Under the pieces are notes generated by a model, which ran no database searches, had not been told where the DNA came from, and saw only the letters and a list, made by a program, of their open reading frames with translations. The translations under genes and the position numbers were made by a program. From positions 1-33,891 of the forward strand of contig DASZSY010000001.1 in the NCBI GenBank assembly GCA_035548435.1: a stretch of DNA of 33,891 nucleotides, read 5' to 3'. Numbering within the stretch: position 1 is the stretch's first letter; the number at the start of each line of letters is the position of its first letter. Of the stretch, positions 27,704 to 33,891 are shown one piece after another. Source of the stretch: Candidatus Nanoarchaeia archaeon. GTDB taxonomy: Archaea; Nanobdellota; Nanobdellia; Pacearchaeales; GW2011-AR1.

Positions 27704-27767
27704 TATTTAAAATATGTGGCTTAAAGAGACCGAAAGGTTAATATTGCATTATTTCTTGGTGGTTTGA

Positions 27768-28733
27768 ATGAACATGAAAGGCCAAACTTTACAAGACCTA
27801 CATAAACTACTCGCGTCTTCTATTAGAATACCCCATTCATTCCTTAGAAGAGCAAGAGGTTTCATCAGTGAGTTGAAATTCAAAGAAAAATGTGTGAGTG
27901 ATAAAATCAGATACTTGGATGGTGGCTGGATGTTCTTTAAGGGAGGAAGACTAGCTGAACAAAAACAAGCAGTTTATACAACCACTACGTTTGATAATCC
28001 TGATAAATATGCTGAATTTTACGAAAAGCTATCTGTTTGTCCACTTATCAAAAAAATGTTTTTCTTTAAGATTAACCCTCGAAAACAATGGAAATCTATA
28101 AAGATAAAGGCGAATAATCATGACGAACTTTCTTTACCCGAACCTAGCTTTGAGGTATATGAATTTGTGCAAAATAAGTTTGTTAAATCTAATATAACAA
28201 GCTTTTTGGAATTCTTTCCTACAATAAAACCTGCGTTGTTTTATAGAATTGATACCAAAGATGCAAGTCTACTTGATTATCTTAATGAATTTTCTGACAC
28301 TGCTTTGGATGAACTATATTGCACAAGGTTTATTGTAGACTATTTGATGAAAGGCAGAGATTTGAGTTATGGCATGGACTTTGACGGAATTATAGTTGAA
28401 AAAGGAAAGTATTATGTCGTTGAAACAAAGGAGAAAGACCCAGGGCCAACTTTGAAGGATAAATTACCTAAATCTGAATGGTTCTTTGGTTGGGATACTC
28501 TAAGAATGCTATGGTATCTTTATTTAATCAAAACAACTGACATTAATTGTTATAGTGCAATTCTTGAAATAAATAATCAGAAAGAAAGAAAACCCGTGGC
28601 TTGGAAAAGATGTGAACTAATGGAGCTTTGTCGCTCAATTAATTATAGTTCTGCTATTACTGGTGGTGTTGGAATGGGTCCATCAGCTGGGTCAACAACC
28701 ATTGCACCATATTTAGTCTTTAAAGAATTTTAA
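27768..28733 (+). CDS. Putative PD-(D/E)xK restriction endonuclease
   Basis: DFDGIIVEKGKYYVVETKEK motif; overlaps the C5-MTase stop. Confidence 0.65.
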   Translation: MNMKGQTLQDLHKLLASSIRIPHSFLRRARGFISELKFKEKCVSDKIRYLDGGWMFFKGGRLAEQKQAVYTTTTFDNPDKYAEFYEKLSVCPLIKKMFFFKINPRKQWKSIKIKANNHDELSLPEPSFEVYEFVQNKFVKSNITSFLEFFPTIKPALFYRIDTKDASLLDYLNEFSDTALDELYCTRFIVDYLMKGRDLSYGMDFDGIIVEKGKYYVVETKEKDPGPTLKDKLPKSEWFFGWDTLRMLWYLYLIKTTDINCYSAILEINNQKERKPVAWKRCELMELCRSINYSSAITGGVGMGPSAGSTTIAPYLVFKEF

Positions 28734-29692
28734 AGATTCTTTTTAATTTCTTCTGCAACGGCTTTAGCAAGAAGACATGGAACTGCGTTTCCTATCTGCA
28801 TATAAATCTCTTTTTTTGAGCCAACCCATTTATAATCGATTGGAAATGTTTGAATTGCCGCTGCTTCTTCTGGAGTAAGCATTCTAACTTCGTCTTCTGC
28901 ATATTTCACAAGAGCATCAGCACCATCCTTCCAATATCTTGCAGATATGGTATACGAAGGCTCATTTAGTTTCAGGTATTGTGCACCAAATCCTTTTCCG
29001 TTTTCTGCGTTAATTTTCTTTCTACGATTGAATCCATCAATCATTTTTGGAGTATGAAAGAATTTTTTATCAACTTTATCTTTTGGAATCAAAACAGATG
29101 ACACTGGGACATAACTATTAGTGTGGGTCGGTTCTGGAAACTTTATTTGCTTATTTGTTTTTGTTCCTATAAATACTACTCTTTTTCTTTTTTGAGGAAC
29201 ACCATACTCTGCAGCATGAAGCTTTCTATACTCCACTTCATATCCAATTTTCTTGAACTCTGCTAAAATTATTTTGTGAACAAGTTCACCATTTGCAGTT
29301 TTCATTGTTAATATGCCTGGAACATTTTCCATAACAAAGAATTTAGGCTTTAGACCATTTACAATTCTGACAAATTCCATGAATAAAGAATTTCTTGGGT
29401 CTTTCGTATCTCTTCTACCAGCCATACTAAATCCTTGACAAGGTGGTCCTCCCGCGACTATATCTACTTCTTTATTACCAATTGCTTCTTTTATTTCGTC
29501 TACACTAACTTTTGTAATATCTTTGCAAATAGATTTATGGTCGTTTTTTTCAAATGTTTGACAAAATACAGGTATATGGTCTACTCCAAGAAGAACATCA
29601 AACCCAGCCATTTTGAAACCAGTGCTAAGCCCTCCAGCACCACAAAATAAGTCGACTACCGTTGGTTTTCTTTCTTGTTTCACCTTATTCAC
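28730..29692 (-). CDS. DNA (cytosine-5)-methyltransferase
   Basis: DLFCGAGG, GGPPCQGFS, MENVPG, QKRKRV, QIGNAVP. Confidence 0.96.
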   Translation of the reverse strand: MNKVKQERKPTVVDLFCGAGGLSTGFKMAGFDVLLGVDHIPVFCQTFEKNDHKSICKDITKVSVDEIKEAIGNKEVDIVAGGPPCQGFSMAGRRDTKDPRNSLFMEFVRIVNGLKPKFFVMENVPGILTMKTANGELVHKIILAEFKKIGYEVEYRKLHAAEYGVPQKRKRVVFIGTKTNKQIKFPEPTHTNSYVPVSSVLIPKDKVDKKFFHTPKMIDGFNRRKKINAENGKGFGAQYLKLNEPSYTISARYWKDGADALVKYAEDEVRMLTPEEAAAIQTFPIDYKWVGSKKEIYMQIGNAVPCLLAKAVAEEIKKNL

Positions 29693-29915
29693 CAGTTTTT
29701 ATTATAATTTGTATTCATTTATGTTATATAAACTTAGATATTGTATAATCTATAGTTATTCCGTCAATTGACAGCAATAAAATGCACATGTTAAACATCA
29801 TTGGTAGTCGTAAAATAGCTCATTTGCGACAGCAATAAAGGCTTATTTTGAGGCATTTTTAGGTAACTTTTGACAAGAACAAGGTTTAAAACATATTATT
29901 TGTTAAGAAAAACAA

Positions 29916-29986
29916 GGCCTCATAGTCTAGTGGCAAAACGACTCGTTTACACCGAGTAGTCGGGAGTTCGATTCTCTCTGGGGCCA
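29916..29986 (+). tRNA. tRNA-Val(TAC), intact, inside the element
   Basis: Cloverleaf: GGCCTCA/TGGGGCC acceptor, ACTCG-TTTACAC-CGAGT anticodon arm, GGGAG-TTCGATT-CTCTC T arm; TATA TTTAAAAC at 29885-29892. Confidence 0.95.
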
Positions 29987-29990
29987 TCTC

Positions 29991-30773
29991 ATGAGTTATA
30001 TTATGTACGTGGACGAGTGTTATGAGAAAAGTTCTAATTGTTCAATTATGGCAGGTTTCATAATTCCTTTGACAAAGTGGAGTGTTCTTAACAAAGAGAT
30101 AAAAGACTTGAAGGAAAAATATTTCAAGAATGAATATATGAATCTTAAAGATATTAGAAGAAATAAGTATGATGAGAATCAGTATTGGAACTCTCTAACT
30201 TCAGAACAGAAAGAAGAATTCAATAAAGAATTTTATGAAATCATATCAAGAAAGGATTATACAATACTAGCAGGAATTATCAATAAAGAGGGTATGGAAG
30301 ACAAGTCCAAAGAGTTACAATTTTACCTTTCTTACAGCTTTATTTTGCAAAGGTTTGAGTATTTTTTAGATGAAAATGACTCTCAAGGTATTATTATAAT
30401 GGATAGTGCAGAGGCTAGTAAAGAAATTAATGAATTATATGATAAACATAAGAGGTTTCTGAGAGAAGGTGTGCCAACTAAAAGAAAAGACTTAACGTTG
30501 AAAGTAGGCGGTAATGAATTTAGTTTCAAAGATTACGAAAGGAGAAAAATAACCAGAGTGTGTGAAAATCTACTATTTCTGAATGATGACGATACTAATA
30601 TGCTACAAATAGTGGATATGATTTCTTCTGCCATGTTTGCTAAATTTAATCGTAAAATTGATGTTTGGTTTAACAAGATAAAGTCAAATATAAGAGCAAG
30701 AAAGAGTGATGGTTTGATGTTAGGTTATGGTTTAAAGTTCTTCCCAGAGCTTCCTAAAGACATTAGTATCTAG
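29991..30773 (+). CDS. DUF3800-like (RNase H-fold) protein
   Basis: N-terminal MYVDEC, IIIMD, C-terminal LQIVDMIS match the D-E...D...QxxD pattern. Confidence 0.7.
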   Translation: MSYIMYVDECYEKSSNCSIMAGFIIPLTKWSVLNKEIKDLKEKYFKNEYMNLKDIRRNKYDENQYWNSLTSEQKEEFNKEFYEIISRKDYTILAGIINKEGMEDKSKELQFYLSYSFILQRFEYFLDENDSQGIIIMDSAEASKEINELYDKHKRFLREGVPTKRKDLTLKVGGNEFSFKDYERRKITRVCENLLFLNDDDTNMLQIVDMISSAMFAKFNRKIDVWFNKIKSNIRARKSDGLMLGYGLKFFPELPKDISI

Positions 30774-30857
30774 TTTATGCTCTATGATGTAGGATTCAAG
30801 CCAAAACACATGGTTTAAATAAGACTATCGCTAAAAGTAACTTAAAGGATAGAATCG

Positions 30858-30898
30858 TTTACACCGAGTAGTCGGGAGTTCGATTCTCTCTGGGGCCA
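30858..30898 (+). pseudogene. 3' half of host tRNA-Val(TAC) = attR
   Basis: 30855-30899 is identical to 29943-29987 (45 bp); followed by a T-rich terminator-like tract. Confidence 0.93.
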
Positions 30899-30930
30899 TT
30901 CTTTTTATATTCCAAAAAGCTAATTAACTG

Positions 30931-31278
30931 ATGGTTTCAAAGTCAGTTATAGATGAATACATTGGTAGATATCCTTCAGAAGTTCAACGCATCTTGAAGA
31001 AAATTAAAAAGTTGATTAAATCTTTAATTCCAGAAGCTGAAGAAAAAATTAGTTATGGAATTCCAACATTTGATTTAGAAGGTAAACACATAGTGCATTT
31101 TGCAGCATTCAAGAATCATATAAGTTTATTTCCAACTTCAGCACCTATAGAACTGTTAAAAGATGAGCTTAAAGGTTATAAAATATCGAAAGGAACAATA
31201 CAATTTCCGCTGGACAAGCCAATTCCCTATGATCTCATAGAAAGAATTGTTAAATTTAGAATAGAAAATACGATTTAA
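30931..31278 (+). CDS. DUF1801/YdhG-like protein
   Basis: IDEYI, IPEAEEKISYGIPTF, VHFAAFKNHISLFP, SKGTIQFPLDKPIPYDLIERIVKFR. Confidence 0.88.
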   Translation: MVSKSVIDEYIGRYPSEVQRILKKIKKLIKSLIPEAEEKISYGIPTFDLEGKHIVHFAAFKNHISLFPTSAPIELLKDELKGYKISKGTIQFPLDKPIPYDLIERIVKFRIENTI

Positions 31279-31319
31279 AGCAAGACTATGTTTTTATACT
31301 ATCAAATATTATTTAGTCT

Positions 31320-31640
31320 ATGAAAAAAGGTAAAGGTGAAAGTTTTGCTAGTAAATATATAGAATATCTAAAAGACAATCCTCAAGGATATTGGTTTAAA
31401 AGAAAAATATATGGCTGGGGATGGACTCCAGTAACTTGGCAAGGATGGATTGTGATTATATTGTTTATATCTGTTTTAATTATAAATGGATTATACTTTG
31501 AAAATAAGGTAATATCTAATGGAAACCCTTCAGAATTTGATTTAGGTTTATTTTTTGGTTCAATAATCCTTTCAGTCTTCCTTGTTATAGCAATATGTTA
31601 TGCAAAATGTGAAAAACCAAAATGGAGTTGGGGACTATGA
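31320..31640 (+). CDS. Small two-TM membrane protein
   Basis: WFKRKIYGWGWTPVTWQGW followed by two TM helices. Confidence 0.75.
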   Translation: MKKGKGESFASKYIEYLKDNPQGYWFKRKIYGWGWTPVTWQGWIVIILFISVLIINGLYFENKVISNGNPSEFDLGLFFGSIILSVFLVIAICYAKCEKPKWSWGL

Positions 31641-32221
31641 AGAAAACAATTTCCTTTGATCTTGATGATACTTTGTTTGATGTTGTGGAACTTTTCATCA
31701 AGTACAGCAACAAAAATTGGAAAACAAATTTAGATTTCAAGAATCTGCAAGATTCAGACAGAATATTCCAAGGACTTACAGATGAGCAGGAAAATGCTCT
31801 TTGGGTGAAATTTCTTGAGAATAAAGAAACGATGGAGATAAAACCAAAGCCTGCAGTGAAAGCAGCAGTTGATGCACTTTCAAAGAAATATCGTCTTATA
31901 ACAATATCTGCCCGCGACCCTATTTTGCAACCTTCGGGCAGAGCATGGATAAAAAAACATTTTCCAGGTAAATTTGATAAGATAATATTCAAGAAGAGTA
32001 AATCTGGGAATAAAAAGAAATCAAAGATTTGTAAGAAAGAAAAAGCCATTCTTCACATAGATGATAATGTAAAGCATATTCATGACTGTTTGAAACACGA
32101 AATTCCCTCTATCCTAATAAATAGGCCCTGGAACAAGAAAGTTAAAGTAAATACAAAAAGAATAAATGAAGTTTCACTTAAGGAAATAGAATCTTTTATT
32201 TCCGAATTGAATTTATCTTAA
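31637..32221 (+). CDS. HAD-superfamily 5'(3')-deoxyribonucleotidase-like protein
   Basis: ISFDLDDTL, ITISAR, KSKIC, HIDDN; ATGA overlap with the previous stop. Confidence 0.8.
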   Translation: MKKTISFDLDDTLFDVVELFIKYSNKNWKTNLDFKNLQDSDRIFQGLTDEQENALWVKFLENKETMEIKPKPAVKAAVDALSKKYRLITISARDPILQPSGRAWIKKHFPGKFDKIIFKKSKSGNKKKSKICKKEKAILHIDDNVKHIHDCLKHEIPSILINRPWNKKVKVNTKRINEVSLKEIESFISELNLS

Positions 32222-32458
32222 CTCAAGACCCTTAGAGTGTGCTTGCATTTTTATTGAATAGGGGCATTTCTTACCTGAAAATGCACAAACAATACAACAT
32301 TGTGTTATTGGGGTTCTTATCAATTGTTTACACTCTTTACATGTAAAAGAAGATATTGTGCTTTCAGGGTTTACTAAAGATCTTTGTTTTGTTAAGCAAT
32401 TAGGGCAAGTGATAGTAACTACCTTAGGAACCTTTATTGTTGTTTTTTTTCTACCCAT
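32213..32458 (-). CDS. Cys-rich Zn-binding protein, GDCCVxC-like
   Basis: ITCPNC..FTCKEC..QCCIVCAFSGKKCP. Confidence 0.7.
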   Translation of the reverse strand: MGRKKTTIKVPKVVTITCPNCLTKQRSLVNPESTISSFTCKECKQLIRTPITQCCIVCAFSGKKCPYSIKMQAHSKGLELR

Positions 32459-32468
32459 TTTTAAGAAA

Positions 32469-32539
32469 TGCAGTCACCGGGAATCGGACCCGGACTTACT
32501 GATTGGCAACCAGTCGTTCTACCACTAAACTATGACTGC
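32469..32539 (-). tRNA. tRNA-Gly(GCC)
   Basis: GCAGTCA...ACTGG-TTGCCAA-TCAGT...CCGGG-TCCGATT-CCCGG-TGACTGC-A. Confidence 0.92.
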
Positions 32540-32586
32540 ATAATTAAAAGTAAAGTTTAGGGTTTTTATAGTTAATTAGTCAAGAT

Positions 32587-32676
32587 TTAGTCTTCTTCGT
32601 CCCACTGCTCTTCTTCCTCTTCGTCGTCTTCTTCTATTGCATCCATCTTATCCATATCTTCTTCTTCGTTTGCCAT
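32587..32676 (-). CDS. 29-aa hyperacidic peptide
   Basis: MANEEEDMDKMDAIEEDDEEEEEQWDEED; TTTTAAAT box about 25 nt upstream of the ATG. Confidence 0.55.
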   Translation of the reverse strand: MANEEEDMDKMDAIEEDDEEEEEQWDEED

Positions 32677-32713
32677 AGCTTAATTTATGTGTTTGAATTA
32701 TTTAAAAGTTTCT

Positions 32714-33322
32714 TTATTTTCTAGATAACTGTCTTTTAAATCTTCTTTTCATTTCATGAACTGCATCTTTAGTTCTAACAGTATTTCCCTCGTGAAATAT
32801 TTCATTAATGTAGTTTGCAGTTTCGCTAATAGAATTATTTACCATATATCCGAGAGCTACAAGTCTTTCCCTATCACTCCAAGGTAATTCTCCTCTAGAT
32901 ATTGCTCCCTTAATGGCATTACCTACCAAATCATCATGTTTTAGTCCATATATTCCAGTCTTCTTTATTTTACAATCTATTCCTCTATTTCTTCCATAAT
33001 CTTCTTTGTGTTTTTTTGTAAGCTTTCTATATTCTTCAGGATCTAAAGAACCTTCGTAGACTTCTCCTCTTAAAGAAGAATCGTTGCCACGCAAGTGATA
33101 TCTAACTGCATGTTCAAGTACATTTAAGCTTGTAACTTTTCCAGAACCGTTGTAGCTTAACTCACTCGATAAAAGAGTTCTAGCTATATCTCTAGCGCTT
33201 TCATTTTGAAATCTGTCTGCGATCTCTGGATTAGTTTGTTGAAGACTTCTTCCAAGAGAGATAGAAAATTTTATTGCAAGTCCAAAGTCGCTTACTTTTC
33301 TTGTTTTCATATCTTTCATCAA
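32714..33322 (-). CDS. Hypothetical protein, possible C-terminal Myb/SANT-like helix-turn-helix
   Basis: GELPWSDRER motif near the C-terminus. Confidence 0.55.
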   Translation of the reverse strand: MMKDMKTRKVSDFGLAIKFSISLGRSLQQTNPEIADRFQNESARDIARTLLSSELSYNGSGKVTSLNVLEHAVRYHLRGNDSSLRGEVYEGSLDPEEYRKLTKKHKEDYGRNRGIDCKIKKTGIYGLKHDDLVGNAIKGAISRGELPWSDRERLVALGYMVNNSISETANYINEIFHEGNTVRTKDAVHEMKRRFKRQLSRK

Positions 33323-33397
33323 AAAATATGCTTTTTAAGTCTTTACAATGCTATTTTTTACAATAATAGTTAAAAAGCCAAAGAGAATAAAACCAAT

Positions 33398-33763
33398 ATG
33401 ACTGAGGTGAGAAATGAAGTTTATTTGTTTAAGAGAAAGCTTCCTCAATTAAATGTAAGAAGAAAAAATGGCTACCAGTTTCTATTATATCAGCACAATG
33501 GAACTCCGCAATCAAGAAGAACTGTTTCAAGCAATAGCCTAGACGGACTTGCTGCTTTTCTAGCCCTTGAGATTTTTGATGCGCAATATGAAAAAACTCA
33601 AATTACAGGATTTCAATTTCATTACTCTGTTCCAAAAAAACAAGATGACTCCGCACACGAACTTAACTCTGGAGAAATATTTTATCTTAGCTCTCTATTA
33701 GGTGCTGCAACAAACTCAAGAAGAATGCGTACAAGAAGAGACAAGGGAAAATACAGACGCTAA
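33398..33763 (+). CDS. Hypothetical protein
   Basis: 121-aa ORF with ATG start. Confidence 0.5.
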   Translation: MTEVRNEVYLFKRKLPQLNVRRKNGYQFLLYQHNGTPQSRRTVSSNSLDGLAAFLALEIFDAQYEKTQITGFQFHYSVPKKQDDSAHELNSGEIFYLSSLLGAATNSRRMRTRRDKGKYRR

Positions 33764-33891
33764 TTTATTTCATTAGTTCTTTTTGATTGATAAAAATTAT
33801 TATTGCTATGGGCAATAGAAACCAAAAACTAATTCTATATGATAAGTAAAGAAAAATTAGTGCAAGTATAGAAAGTAAAGTTACTTTTGTG

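Larger units (their letters stand above)
16691..30864 (+). mobile_element. Integrated plasmid/provirus in the tRNA-Val anticodon loop, carrying an internal intact tRNA-Val
   Basis: Shared core TCGTTTACAC at 16688-16697 and 30855-30864; inverted arms 16698-16717 and 30838-30857; int, Xer-like recombinase, replication gene, iterons and RM genes inside. Confidence 0.88.

Noticed and set aside
29988-30854. Independent 0.9-kb mini-island at the tRNA 3' end
   Set aside because: Not excluded, but disfavoured because its right-end arm is the inverted complement of the arm next to the integrase 14 kb away, which is best explained by one attP.
16657-30899. CRISPR array or CRISPR-like repeats
   Set aside because: The repeats are tRNA-derived att sequences kilobases apart; there is no regular repeat-spacer period and no cas genes.
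428-31999. Numerous short antisense or overlapping ORFs in the track (e.g. 428-628, 625-867, 2737-3000, 9171-9497, 11149-11460, 17433-17768, 22804-23106, 31585-32049)
   Set aside because: They are shadows of well-supported genes on the other strand or frame, with the S/F/L-rich composition typical of antisense reading.
32213-32458. Selenoprotein recoding in the GDCCVxC-like protein
   Set aside because: No in-frame TGA; all positions are Cys codons.

Overview
AT-rich archaeal chromosome segment, most likely a DPANN archaeon of the Pacearchaeota/Woesearchaeota type. This is inferred from rpl10e, rpl35ae, TATA-box leaderless genes, class III signal-peptide pilins and a fragmented PEP synthase. 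The left part (1-16.6 kb) holds housekeeping and accessory genes: an RRE-ThiF (MccB/PaaA-like) locus, a bacterial-type PEP-CTERM protein, two pilin-LamG paralogues, cysS, a convergent RHH/RelE pair, a nucleotidyltransferase, VIT1 and PHP genes. The main feature is a ~14.2-kb integrated replicon (16691-30864) inserted in the anticodon loop of tRNA-Val(TAC). The host tRNA is left as a 5' half (16661-16697) and a 3' half (30858-30898). The two element ends rejoin into a symmetric attP (15/20 inverted arms around TTTACAC), and the element carries a complete, promoter-equipped, sequence-identical tRNA-Val inside it (29916-29986). The element also encodes an atypical integrase, a small Xer-like recombinase next to an 11-6-11 dif-like site, an AEP-like/CHC2/P-loop replication protein with an embedded iteron origin, a membrane-anchored homologue of streptococcal phage hyaluronate lyase HylP, glycoprotein and membrane genes, a C5-MTase/endonuclease pair and a DUF3800 gene. 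The right flank has ordinary genes, tRNA-Gly(GCC) and an unannotated 29-aa hyperacidic ORF. All family assignments come from motif recognition by eye; no searches were run.
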